Shown here one piece after another: positions 10,605-20,292 of a DNA stretch of 64,000 nucleotides (the first letter of the stretch is position 1; each line of letters starts with the position of its first letter). The position numbers were made by a program, and so were the translations under genes. The DNA is from Gammaproteobacteria bacterium (lineage in GTDB: Bacteria; Pseudomonadota; Gammaproteobacteria; UBA4575): contig CBDEUS010000002.1 of assembly GCA_965243395.1 (NCBI GenBank), forward strand, positions 1,024,001 to 1,088,000, in the 5' to 3' direction. Under the pieces are notes generated by a model. That model did no database searches, was not told the DNA's origin, and saw only the letters and a list, made by a program, of their open reading frames with translations.

Positions 10605-10683
10605 ATTTAATTGAAGTAAAGTAACTATTTACTCACGTAATTAATTAGTGAGTGCTTAGGTAACACCGCTACAGAATGTTACG

Positions 10684-10851
10684 TTATGTAATGATCAGTA
10701 AAGACTGAGTCAGTTGTGGTGCCCAGATTTTAAACATGGCATATCCATAAGTAGCAAGACCTAAAAATAACCATATTGCGAGTAAAAATATTGGAGAAAC
10801 TTGTTGCTCCTCGAAGCTGGGAGTACTTGCGTTTTCTACAAGTTGTGTCAT
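10684..10851 (-). CDS. 55-aa single-pass membrane protein (not in ORF track)
   Basis: Translated by hand: MTQLVENASTPSFEEQQVSPIFLLAIWLFLGLATYGYAMFKIWAPQLTQSLLIIT*; GAGGT RBS just upstream of the ATG; one hydrophobic helix. Confidence 0.6.
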   Translation of the reverse strand: MTQLVENASTPSFEEQQVSPIFLLAIWLFLGLATYGYAMFKIWAPQLTQSLLIIT

Positions 10852-11096
10852 TTACATACCTCAAAGACTAGATGTTTGTACTCTAGATGCAAATTTTATC
10901 ATGATGCTTGTTAAGTTGATATGAAGCTTTTGAAGTTTTTATTGTTTTCAATTGTGAAGTTTTTTGTGTAATTTAGTTGTCGAGTAGCGAATAAATAAAC
11001 GTCAAAAATTTAGGGTAATAAGCAAAGATTTTAGATTTAGATGTTATGATAACTTAAAGAAAATATTGAATATTTGTATACGAATTATTTCTTACT

Positions 11097-12410
11097 ATGA
11101 AGAAAGATTTAGATTCTAAGCTAGCTGATTTGCATCTTTCTTGCTTGACAGAGCAATCAATTGACTCCAGTCAGATATGTGACGGTGCCTTGAAAATTAT
11201 TTCTCAGCTGCATGCAGCAGGGTTTCAAGCCTATATTGTGGGCGGTGGAGTAAGGGATTTATTGCTGGATTTGCACCCCAAAGATTTTGATATTGCCACC
11301 AATGCCACCCCCGAAGATGTGCGTCGTTTATTTGATAACAGCCGAATAATCGGCAGGCGTTTTCGTATAGTTCACGTCTATTTTGAAGGTGGTTTTGTTG
11401 AAGTTTCAACGTTTCGTGCAGCAAGTAGAGCCAGTACAAACAAAGAGGGGCGTATTATTGCGGACAATACATTTGGCAGTATTGAAGAAGATGCGTTTCG
11501 TCGTGACTTTACGGTTAATGCATTATTTTATGATTCAGAAAATGATCAAATTTTAGATTTAGTTAATGGTATTCAAGACGTAAACGCTAAATTATTACGT
11601 GTCATTGGCGATCCTGATTTACGTTTTCGTGAAGATCCAGTACGTATGTTGCGTGCCATCAGATTAGCAACCAAGCTTAATTTTGAAATTGAAGAGAGTG
11701 CTAAAGATGCAATTATTCGTTTGGGTTGTTTGCTATCCGAAGTACCCTCGGCACGTTTGTTTGATGAAATGATTAAACTATTTCATGGAGGCCATGCTTT
11801 AGAAACTTATAAGGGTTTACGTGAGTATGATTTATTTCGTCATATGTTTCCTCTGACTCAGCAAGTGCTCGAGGAAGAGACAGCTAGTGAGTCATTTACA
11901 TTTACGAATTTGGTTCGAATCGCGCTGGAGAATACAGATGAACGTATTCTTACTGGAAAATCGGTTACACCTGCATTTCTGTACGCAGTATTTTTATGGG
12001 GGCCTATGCGTAAACTAAGCAAACAGCTGGAGCTGGATGGTTTGTCACCACGGGTCGCTCATGATGCTGCTGCAAAAGATACTATTCTTTCGCAATTACC
12101 TTATACATCAATTCCAAAACGCTTTTCTTTTTCGATGCGTGATATTTGGAATTTGCAATATCGTTTTTATCGCCGAAGGGGTAAGCAAGTATATAAGTTG
12201 TTTGAGCATGATCGGTTTCGTGCGGCCTACGATTTTTTATGCTTACGAGCAAGCGCTGGAGAACCGGTAGATGAACTTTGCGAATGGTGGACGGTTTTTC
12301 AAGAAGTGGATGACGCTACACGGCGAAAGATGTTGCGTGCTTCAAAAGAGACTAAAAAATCTAAAGCAAAAATGAAGTCGGGCCGCTATAAAAACAAAAC
12401 CTATCATTAG
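11097..12410 (+). CDS. pcnB: Poly(A) polymerase I
   Basis: VGGGVRD, KDFDIAT, IIGRRFRIVHV, RRDFTVNA, FRAAYDF; upstream of folK. Confidence 0.96.
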   Translation: MKKDLDSKLADLHLSCLTEQSIDSSQICDGALKIISQLHAAGFQAYIVGGGVRDLLLDLHPKDFDIATNATPEDVRRLFDNSRIIGRRFRIVHVYFEGGFVEVSTFRAASRASTNKEGRIIADNTFGSIEEDAFRRDFTVNALFYDSENDQILDLVNGIQDVNAKLLRVIGDPDLRFREDPVRMLRAIRLATKLNFEIEESAKDAIIRLGCLLSEVPSARLFDEMIKLFHGGHALETYKGLREYDLFRHMFPLTQQVLEEETASESFTFTNLVRIALENTDERILTGKSVTPAFLYAVFLWGPMRKLSKQLELDGLSPRVAHDAAAKDTILSQLPYTSIPKRFSFSMRDIWNLQYRFYRRRGKQVYKLFEHDRFRAAYDFLCLRASAGEPVDELCEWWTVFQEVDDATRRKMLRASKETKKSKAKMKSGRYKNKTYH

Positions 12411-12422
12411 GTTTTTAACACT

Positions 12423-12923
12423 ATGCCTTTTAAAGATGCCTACATAGGGTTAGGAAGTAATTTATCTGATCCACATGCTCAGGTTGCTCAAGCACTGCAA
12501 GAGCTGAATGATATTGCGGATACCAAGCTTGTAAAAGTTTCAAGTTTTTATATCAGTAAACCCATGGGTCCTTCAGATCAGCCTGATTACATCAATGCAG
12601 TGGCTAAAATCAGTACGAGTCTTTCTGCCGAAGAACTGCTAGTAGAATTGCAACGTATTGAAAATAAGCACCAAAGGCAGCGAAATAAGCAACGTTGGGG
12701 GCCAAGGACCTTAGATTTAGATATCATCCTATATGGGGATGAACAAATTGATAGTAAGAAGCTACAAATCCCACATTACGGTGTATCTGAACGAGGATTT
12801 GTATTAATTCCTTTACAAGAGCTACAGGCGGACCTCATTATTCCTGGCAAGGGCTCAGTTGCTGATCTTATTGAGAAACTGCCGGATTACCATTTAGAAA
12901 AGTTAAACCATAATAATGGATAA
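12423..12923 (+). CDS. folK: 6-hydroxymethyl-7,8-dihydropterin pyrophosphokinase
   Basis: YIGLGSN, QPDYINAV, WGPRTLDLDI. Confidence 0.97.
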   Translation: MPFKDAYIGLGSNLSDPHAQVAQALQELNDIADTKLVKVSSFYISKPMGPSDQPDYINAVAKISTSLSAEELLVELQRIENKHQRQRNKQRWGPRTLDLDIILYGDEQIDSKKLQIPHYGVSERGFVLIPLQELQADLIIPGKGSVADLIEKLPDYHLEKLNHNNG

Positions 12924-13566
12924 GCATAATCTTAAATACATAGTCATCGAGGGGCCGATTGGGGTGGGAAAAACCAGTTTGGCGCAACGTTTGGCTGACG
13001 AGTTTGGTTCAACATTGTTGCTTGAACATGTTGACGATAATCCTTTTCTTGAACGTTTTTATCAAAATCCGCGCGAAGCCGCGTTGTCTACACAACTTTA
13101 TTTTTTATTACAACGTACAAAACAGCTTCAAGAATTTAAGCAAGCCGATATTTTTTCGCCAGTGCGTGTGGCCGATTTTCTGATCGAAAAAGATCGTTTG
13201 TTTGCGCAAGTAACTTTAAATGCCAGTGAATTTGAACTTTATGAACAAATTTATTCGCATTTAACCATAGACGCACCCGTTCCTGATTTAGTGGTGTATT
13301 TACAAGCGCCAGTAGAAATTTTAATTCAGCGTATTCGTAAACGTGGAAGAGGTTATGAACGTTTGATTGAAACGGCATATTTAGAGCAATTGAACGAAGC
13401 GTATGCGAAGTTCTTCTATGACTATGAAGAAGCTCCATGTTTAATTGTCAATGCGAGTGATATTGATTTCATTAACAATGATCAAGACTATCAGCAGTTG
13501 TTACATGAAATACTCAATACAGAGGCAGGCAAGCGTTATTTTAACCCTTTGCCATTTGCTGGTTAG
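12916..13566 (+). CDS. Deoxynucleoside kinase
   Basis: IEGPIGVGKT P-loop, NPFLERFY, PDLVVYL. Confidence 0.92.
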   Translation: MDKHNLKYIVIEGPIGVGKTSLAQRLADEFGSTLLLEHVDDNPFLERFYQNPREAALSTQLYFLLQRTKQLQEFKQADIFSPVRVADFLIEKDRLFAQVTLNASEFELYEQIYSHLTIDAPVPDLVVYLQAPVEILIQRIRKRGRGYERLIETAYLEQLNEAYAKFFYDYEEAPCLIVNASDIDFINNDQDYQQLLHEILNTEAGKRYFNPLPFAG

Positions 13567-13599
13567 AAATTCCTAACTTTACCCTGACATTTTTTTAGA

Positions 13600-14397
13600 A
13601 TGAGTATTCATAAGCCGCAAAAAAATATTACTCTCACTCGTTTGCATGAGATGAAAGCAAGTAATGAAAAAATTGCTTGTTTAACAGCCTATGACGCCAG
13701 TTTTGCCACCATCCTGGATCAAGCAGGTATGGATGTAATCCTCATTGGCGACTCACTCGGCATGGTGGTGCAAGGACAAGACAGTACTGTTTCTGTAACC
13801 ATGGAAGATATGATTTATCACAGCCAATGTGTAAGTGCAGTAGTAAAGAATGCCTTTGTTATTGCAGATATGCCATTTATGTCTTACACCAACGTTGAGC
13901 AAGCATTAGCCAATGCAACGGATCTCATACAACTAGGCGGTGCGCAAATGGTCAAGCTCGAAGCTTCTACTAGACAGGTGAGTATTGTTGAAGAATTAAG
14001 TGAGTGTGGAATCCCAATTTGTGCGCATTTAGGTTTGCGTCCTCAGTATATTCATAAATTAGGCGGTTACGCCATGCAAGGCAAGGATGATGCGAGTGCG
14101 AAACAGTTGTTTGAAAGCGCTCAAAGCTTGCAAGCTGCAGGTGCTGATATGTTGTTGTTAGAGTGTGTGCCTAAGGCTTTAGCAAAAAAAATTACTCAAG
14201 AATCTTCTATACCTGTAATTGGGATAGGAGCTGGATCAGATTGTGATGGACAGATTCTTGTGCTACATGACGTCATTGGTATCACTCATGGAGTTACTCC
14301 AAAGTTTGCAAAAAACTTTTTATCTGAAGCGGATGATATTCCATCTGCTATTTCAAATTACGTTAATGACGTTAAGAATCTTAAATTTCCTCATTAA
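13600..14397 (+). CDS. panB: Ketopantoate hydroxymethyltransferase
   Basis: LTAYDA, IGDSLGM, ADMPF, GIGAG..CDGQILV. Confidence 0.97.
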   Translation: MSIHKPQKNITLTRLHEMKASNEKIACLTAYDASFATILDQAGMDVILIGDSLGMVVQGQDSTVSVTMEDMIYHSQCVSAVVKNAFVIADMPFMSYTNVEQALANATDLIQLGGAQMVKLEASTRQVSIVEELSECGIPICAHLGLRPQYIHKLGGYAMQGKDDASAKQLFESAQSLQAAGADMLLLECVPKALAKKITQESSIPVIGIGAGSDCDGQILVLHDVIGITHGVTPKFAKNFLSEADDIPSAISNYVNDVKNLKFPH

Positions 14398-14403
14398 ATA
14401 ATC

Positions 14404-15255
14404 ATGCAAGTTGTAAATACGGTTGCTGAGTTACGCCAGCAAGTTAAGGTATGGAAATCTGAGCGGGAAAAAATTGCATTTGTTCCTACAATGGGCAACT
14501 TGCATGCGGGTCATTTAGCATTAGTCAAACATGCGCATACATGTGGAAGCAAAATTGTTTGCAGTATTTTTGTCAATGCTTTGCAATTTGATCGAGACGA
14601 AGACTTACAAGCCTATCCACGCACACCCGAGCAAGATCTTGAAGCTTTAAAGAGTGAGGATGTAGATTTAGTTTTCATGCCAGAACATGATGACGTCTAT
14701 GCTGAAAAGCATAAACCGAAAAAGGTAATTCCTAAACATCCTATTAACCAAGAATTATGTGGTGAGTTTCGACCAGGATTTTTTGATGGCATTGTAGAAG
14801 TGGTTGCAAGATTATTTGATATGGTTGCTCCCGATGTTGCGGTATTCGGTGAAAAAGATTTTCAACAACTGGTTATTATTAAGCTATTAGTAGAAGATTT
14901 AAGATTACCGATTAAGATCGAATCCGTTGCAACGCAGCGAGAGGAAGATGGTTTAGCGTATAGCTCGCGTAATGTTTATTTAAGCTCAGAAGAAAGAGCA
15001 AAAGCCAGACATTTATATGCAGCCTTAAAGCATGTAAAAACTCAAATTGAGTCGGGATTTAATGACTTCGAGGCCTTAGAGCAACAGGCAATGGGGCAGC
15101 TTTCACTGGCGGGTTTTCAGCCAGATTACGTAGCCATTCGAGATGCCGAAGATCTCGGTAACCCTGAATATGCTACTGATTCTATTGTAATTTTAGGAGC
15201 TGCATGGCTTGGAAAAGCACGTTTGATCGACAATTTACTGTTACAAATCCGTTAA
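14404..15255 (+). CDS. panC: Pantoate-beta-alanine ligase
   Basis: VPTMGNLHAGH, FGEKDFQQ, SSRN, RLIDN. Confidence 0.97.
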   Translation: MQVVNTVAELRQQVKVWKSEREKIAFVPTMGNLHAGHLALVKHAHTCGSKIVCSIFVNALQFDRDEDLQAYPRTPEQDLEALKSEDVDLVFMPEHDDVYAEKHKPKKVIPKHPINQELCGEFRPGFFDGIVEVVARLFDMVAPDVAVFGEKDFQQLVIIKLLVEDLRLPIKIESVATQREEDGLAYSSRNVYLSSEERAKARHLYAALKHVKTQIESGFNDFEALEQQAMGQLSLAGFQPDYVAIRDAEDLGNPEYATDSIVILGAAWLGKARLIDNLLLQIR

Positions 15256-15309
15256 ATCAGTATACTTAAGACAAGAGTATTCGAAGATTCATAATTCAAG
15301 GAGTTCGGT

Positions 15310-15408
15310 ATGTGGATGTTAGTTGTATTTATGATTGTACTAACCTTTGTAGTAAATATTGCTGCACAATTAAATTTATTTTCTCACCTTAAGAATGGTA
15401 CTTATTAG
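15310..15408 (+). CDS. 32-aa hydrophobic peptide (not in ORF track)
   Basis: AAGGAG at 15298-15303, ATG 15310; MWMLVVFMIVLTFVVNIAAQLNLFSHLKNGTY*; terminator follows. Confidence 0.6.
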   Translation: MWMLVVFMIVLTFVVNIAAQLNLFSHLKNGTY

Positions 15409-15438
15409 CAGTTATCTCATTCTTAATATTAGAATTAA

Positions 15439-15467
15439 AAGGGCGCGAATAGCGCCCTTATTTTTTT
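15439..15467 (+). terminator. Intrinsic terminator
   Basis: AAGGGCGC-GAATA-GCGCCCTT followed by ATTTTTTT. Confidence 0.85.
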
Positions 15468-15475
15468 ACGCTGTC

Positions 15476-15597
15476 AGAAGCCTTGATTTATTCTGGCTAC
15501 TTCGTTAAAAATCATTTCAATTTTACTCATGTATATATTTATACATATCGCTCTTTTCTATAATTTTTGCCTCGTCTCAAAATAAATCAAGGCTTCT
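15476..15597. mobile_element. MITE-like element, copy 1 (122 bp)
   Basis: Perfect 17-bp terminal inverted repeat AGAAGCCTTGATTTATT...AATAAATCAAGGCTTCT; internal blocks shared with 27216-27345. Confidence 0.75.
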
Positions 15598-15605
15598 CTG
15601 AGAAA

Positions 15606-17153
15606 ATGAGTAATACAATAAAAAAATTGTCCTCTTATCAGGCACTAGCCAAGCATTTTGATGATATTAAATCGCATACCTTGCGAGAATCGTTTGCACA
15701 AGATACTAATCGCTTTTCAAAGTTCTCGGTGCGATTTGAAGGGCTATTATTTGATTATTCAAAAAACCGTATTTCAAAAAATACGCTTACAAAGCTTATT
15801 GCATTATTTAATGAATGTGATGTCGATGGTTGGCGAAAGAAGATGTTCGCGGGCGAAGAAATCAATACTACAGAGAAGCGTGGAGTTCAACATACAGCAT
15901 TACGAGATTTGGAAAATAAAGAATCTGATATTGCTAACAAACAAATAGATGCACTAAAGAAGATAGAATCTTTTATTGCCAAGTTACAAAATTCAAATAT
16001 TACTGATGTAGTGAACATAGGTATTGGTGGTTCTCATCTAGGCCCACAATTTGTATGTGATGCTTTGCGAGAATATTCCAGTTCAAATTTAAATATTCAT
16101 TTTGTAGCCAATGTAGATGCAGAAGAAATAAATCGTGTTCTAGAGAGTCTCCAACCCAAAAACACCTTATTTATTGTCACTTCTAAGAGTTTTACAACTC
16201 AAGAAACATTAACCAATTCATTATCCGCAAGATCTTGGCTAACAAGTGATAGAAATCTAAAAAATGAAGATCATTTTGTTGCAGTTACCGCAAATGTAAA
16301 AAAAGCCACTGAATTTGGGATTGCAGAAGAAAATATATTTCCCATGTGGGATGAAATCGGTGGACGCTATTCACTTTGGTCTGCAGTAGGTTTGTCTATC
16401 GCAGTTAAGATTGGGATGGAAAACTTTAAAGAATTGCTCAATGGAGCACATGCTATGGATCAGCATTTTATACATGCATCAGCTGACCAAAACATTCCAG
16501 TTTTGATGGCGTTATTAGATATTTGGAACCAACATTTCCTGAATACAACTGCACATGCAATTCTTCCTTATGATGTACGTTTAGCGTATCTACCAGCTTA
16601 TTTGCAACAGCTTGTAATGGAGAGTAATGGTAAGTCAGTCGACCGTCAGGGAAATGTATTAACAGTGCCAAGCTCCGCAATTTTGTTCGGTGATGTGGGA
16701 ACAAATGCGCAACATAGTTTTTTCCAGTTATTGCATCAAGGAACACAGCAAGTGAGCTGTGACTTTATTGGTATAGCAAAACCATCTCATGATAATCATG
16801 AACAGCATGAAATTTTACTGGCAAACATGATTGGTCAAACACAAGCTTTGATGATGGGGCAAAGCTTAGAAGAGGCAGGTGATCAGCATAAAGTATTCTT
16901 GGGTAATCGAGTTAGCAATACAATTTTGTTATCAGAATTGACTCCTTACTCACTAGGCATGTTATTAGCCATATATGAGCATAGAACGTTTGTTCAAGGA
17001 GCATTACTGAATATCAATTCCTTTGATCAAATGGGAGTTGAATTGGGTAAACGACTGGCGAATAAATTGCTCGACAAAATCCGGGATGATTCGGTAACTG
17101 GAGAAGACTCATCCACCAGTGGTTTGATCGACTTTTATAAACAGAACAATTAG
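15606..17153 (+). CDS. pgi: Glucose-6-phosphate isomerase
   Basis: IGIGGSHLG, GGRYSLWS, MESNGK, FDQMGVELGK; track TTG start lies within the MITE, so ATG 15606 preferred. Confidence 0.96.
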   Translation: MSNTIKKLSSYQALAKHFDDIKSHTLRESFAQDTNRFSKFSVRFEGLLFDYSKNRISKNTLTKLIALFNECDVDGWRKKMFAGEEINTTEKRGVQHTALRDLENKESDIANKQIDALKKIESFIAKLQNSNITDVVNIGIGGSHLGPQFVCDALREYSSSNLNIHFVANVDAEEINRVLESLQPKNTLFIVTSKSFTTQETLTNSLSARSWLTSDRNLKNEDHFVAVTANVKKATEFGIAEENIFPMWDEIGGRYSLWSAVGLSIAVKIGMENFKELLNGAHAMDQHFIHASADQNIPVLMALLDIWNQHFLNTTAHAILPYDVRLAYLPAYLQQLVMESNGKSVDRQGNVLTVPSSAILFGDVGTNAQHSFFQLLHQGTQQVSCDFIGIAKPSHDNHEQHEILLANMIGQTQALMMGQSLEEAGDQHKVFLGNRVSNTILLSELTPYSLGMLLAIYEHRTFVQGALLNINSFDQMGVELGKRLANKLLDKIRDDSVTGEDSSTSGLIDFYKQNN

Positions 17154-17155
17154 CT

Positions 17156-18214
17156 TTACTTGTGTTGCTCGAGAGCCCATTCGGTATGCTCTCTCACTAG
17201 TTCGCTTGGATTTTTTAGCTTTTCTTTTAGTGCATGAACTACGGCAGGTGTGCTAGGTGCATTGCCCAAAGCAACCGCAATGTTTCGCAACCAGCATTCG
17301 TAGTCAATGCGCCGAATAGCCGAACCCACGGTATTTTCCAAGAATTCTTTTTCGCTCCAATTAAATAGGTCAATTAACTCAGGTGCGTCTAAATTATTTC
17401 GTACAGCGAAATCTGCAAGCTCACTTTTTTGTTCAAACCGATTCCATGGGCAATACAGTTGACAATCATCACAACCATAAATCCTATTCCCCATTGCTTT
17501 TCTGAACTCGATTGGAATGGAGCCCTTTAATTCAATTGTGTGATAAGAAATACAACGACGTGCATCTAATTTATACGGTGCAATAATCGCTTGAGTCGGA
17601 CAGACATCCATACATGTTCGACATGTACCGCAGTGGTTTTCTACAGGACTGTCGACTGGTAACGGCAGGTCGGTATAGAGTTCGCCAAGAAAGAACCACG
17701 AACCACATTCTTTATTGATTAAATTTGTGTGTTTTCCTATCCATCCAAGTCCTGCTTTTTCTGCCAAAGCTTTTTCAAGAACGGGAGCGCTGTCTACAAA
17801 TGCACGGTAACCAAATGAACCCACTTCATCAGCAATTTTGTCCGCAAGTTTTTGCAAGCGTTTACGTATTACTTTGTGATAATCACGCCCCAATGCATAA
17901 CGGGAAATATACGCTTGTTCAGAAGTCCTTAATACTTCCTCTTCGTTTGTGGCATCAGGTGCCTGATAATTAATGCGAGTAGAAATAATACGAATTGTCC
18001 CGGGAATTAATTTTTCAGGGCGAGACCGCTTTGTACCATGCTGATTCATGTAGTGCATTTCTCCATGGTAACCAGCTTCTAACCAATTCATTAGGTATGT
18101 TTCATGTTCACTTAATTCAGTATTTGTAATTCCAATTTCGTCAAAGCCTAATTCATTACCCCAGACTCTGATGTCTTGAGCAAGCTTTACAAAATCGGTT
18201 GTGACACTATTCAT
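17156..18214 (-). CDS. queG: Epoxyqueuosine reductase
   Basis: RYALGRDYH, VDSAPVLEK, CGTCRTCMDVCPT, YGCDDCQ; divergent from nnr. Confidence 0.96.
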   Translation of the reverse strand: MNSVTTDFVKLAQDIRVWGNELGFDEIGITNTELSEHETYLMNWLEAGYHGEMHYMNQHGTKRSRPEKLIPGTIRIISTRINYQAPDATNEEEVLRTSEQAYISRYALGRDYHKVIRKRLQKLADKIADEVGSFGYRAFVDSAPVLEKALAEKAGLGWIGKHTNLINKECGSWFFLGELYTDLPLPVDSPVENHCGTCRTCMDVCPTQAIIAPYKLDARRCISYHTIELKGSIPIEFRKAMGNRIYGCDDCQLYCPWNRFEQKSELADFAVRNNLDAPELIDLFNWSEKEFLENTVGSAIRRIDYECWLRNIAVALGNAPSTPAVVHALKEKLKNPSELVREHTEWALEQHK

Positions 18215-18238
18215 GGGTAGGCTAGGTATAATTCAGAT

Positions 18239-19714
18239 ATGCAGAAAATCAAAAATCAAATTTATTTGGCTCATCAAGTTCGGGAACTGGATCGTATTGC
18301 TATAGAAGAATTTAACATACCCAGCTTTACATTAATGCAACGTGCGGCGCAGGCTGCTTTTAAAGAAATACAGCAAGCATGGCCGAGGGTTAATCGTATC
18401 GCAGTGTTTGTTGGTACTGGCAATAATGGAGGAGATGGATATGTGATTGCGAGCTTGGCATTAGATGCAAAAATTAAAGTTGAGCTTGTTCAGGTAGGAG
18501 ATCACACAAAACTACAGGGTGATGCACGCAAAGCCCACGATTTATTTATTGAAAAGGGTGGAAAATGTAAATCATTTGAAGACGCAATACCTTTTGATTG
18601 TGATTTGATTATAGATGCTTTACTGGGTACTGGATTAACACGTGATGTAAAGCATGATTACGCAAAAGCGATTGCAAGTATCAACCAACACTCCTCGCCA
18701 GTCTTAAGCGTAGATATTCCGTCCGGTTTGAATGCAGATAATGGCCACCCAATGGGCAGCGCCGTTTTTGCAGATACCACTGTAACGTTTGTCGGTATGA
18801 AACTTGGATTACTCACTGCTGCAGGACATGAGTATTCAGGTAAAATAGTCTTTAATCATTTAGAAATTCCTAACCAAGTTTATCAATCCATGTCTGTTAC
18901 CTGTCATTCAATTCAGCTGAATGAATTACATAATGTGTTAGCTGCACGTAAAGCGGATGCACACAAAGGGGATTTTGGTCATGTATTAATAATTGGAGGA
19001 AATAAAGGCATGGCGGGTTCAGTCATGCTTGCAGCAGAAGCCGCTGCAAGAACAGGTGCTGGGTTAGTTTCTGTAGCAACTCTTCCGATGCATGCCACAG
19101 CGGCATTGCAATCATGTAGAGAAATTATGGCGCATGGAGTAGAGGAGATTTCAGAATTAAATGAATTGTTAGAAAGTTGTAGTGTGGTTGCTATAGGGCC
19201 TGGACTTGGTCAAGATGCCTGGTCAAAAAAATTATTCGCACGGGTTTTAGAATTTGATATGCCCATGGTGGTGGATGCCGATGCAATTAATCTATTAGCC
19301 AGTGAACCCAGCAAAAAGTCTTCTTGGGTGATCACACCTCATCCTGGTGAAGCAGCTCGTTTATTAAAATACACTACAAAAGATCTTCAAGCTGATCGTT
19401 TGCAGTCAGTGCAAGAGTTACAACAACAATATGGTGGGGTAAGTGTTTTGAAAGGCTGCGGGACGTTGATTGCATCTGAAGACAAGGTTTCAATTTGCGA
19501 TGCTGGAAATCCGGGTATGGCAAGTGGTGGTATGGGTGATGTCTTGACGGGAATAATTGCAGGACTGTTAGCACAAGGTTTAAGTACCTATGATGCAGCA
19601 CGTTTTGGTGTGCAATTGCATGCACAAAGTGGCGATCTTGCTGCACAAGAAGGTATGCGTGGGATGTTGGCGAGTGATTTATTTGTGCCCCTGAGAAAAC
19701 TATTAAATAGCTAG
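18239..19714 (+). CDS. nnr: Bifunctional NAD(P)HX epimerase/dehydratase
   Basis: GNNGGDG, DALLGTG, HKGDFG, TPHPGEAARL, GGMGDVL. Confidence 0.95.
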   Translation: MQKIKNQIYLAHQVRELDRIAIEEFNIPSFTLMQRAAQAAFKEIQQAWPRVNRIAVFVGTGNNGGDGYVIASLALDAKIKVELVQVGDHTKLQGDARKAHDLFIEKGGKCKSFEDAIPFDCDLIIDALLGTGLTRDVKHDYAKAIASINQHSSPVLSVDIPSGLNADNGHPMGSAVFADTTVTFVGMKLGLLTAAGHEYSGKIVFNHLEIPNQVYQSMSVTCHSIQLNELHNVLAARKADAHKGDFGHVLIIGGNKGMAGSVMLAAEAAARTGAGLVSVATLPMHATAALQSCREIMAHGVEEISELNELLESCSVVAIGPGLGQDAWSKKLFARVLEFDMPMVVDADAINLLASEPSKKSSWVITPHPGEAARLLKYTTKDLQADRLQSVQELQQQYGGVSVLKGCGTLIASEDKVSICDAGNPGMASGGMGDVLTGIIAGLLAQGLSTYDAARFGVQLHAQSGDLAAQEGMRGMLASDLFVPLRKLLNS

Positions 19715-19727
19715 CACCTTACGTCTC

Positions 19728-20174
19728 ATGACAAATCTCGTTGGTGAAGCAGCCACATCAGAATTTGCGGCTAAATTTGCGGGTTTATGTAAAGCACCGT
19801 TAGTTATTTATCTGCAAGGTGATTTGGGAACGGGTAAAACAACTTTTGCAAGAGGCTTGATACGTGCCATGGGTCACGAGGGAAATGTAAAAAGCCCAAC
19901 CTTCTCGCTCGTCGAAATCTATGAATTTGAGGGAACTCGTCTTTACCACTTTGATTTATATCGCTTGAATGATCCTCTTGAACTCGAATTTACGGGCATA
20001 CGTGATCTTGCTGGAGAGTTGGATGTTATTTGCTTAATCGAGTGGCCAGAGCGTGGAGGAGATGAGGTTCCTGCTGCAGATTTGGTGATCCATCTAGAAT
20101 ATGAGGGTGATACTCGAAATTTGCAGTGTCAGGCTATTTCATCCAAAGGTCAGGCGATTATTGGCAATTTATGA
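19728..20174 (+). CDS. tsaE: t6A biosynthesis ATPase TsaE
   Basis: GDLGTGKT, VKSPTF, HFDLYRL, IEWPE. Confidence 0.96.
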   Translation: MTNLVGEAATSEFAAKFAGLCKAPLVIYLQGDLGTGKTTFARGLIRAMGHEGNVKSPTFSLVEIYEFEGTRLYHFDLYRLNDPLELEFTGIRDLAGELDVICLIEWPERGGDEVPAADLVIHLEYEGDTRNLQCQAISSKGQAIIGNL

Positions 20175-20292
20175 GACCAGGCTCTAATAAATCTATATAG
20201 ATCATTAGTTTTAATAGAGTTTTTGCTTGCATTTTCATCTAGATTTGTCACACTTTTAGTCCGGTTTCATGTTGTAAGGACTACAGTTTCTC

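Noticed and set aside
15567-15605. Longer track starts for pgi (and similarly trmD, ogt, hslR, hfq, yajC)
   Set aside because: The extensions run through a MITE, a terminator or a neighbouring gene, or lack family similarity; downstream ATGs fit better.
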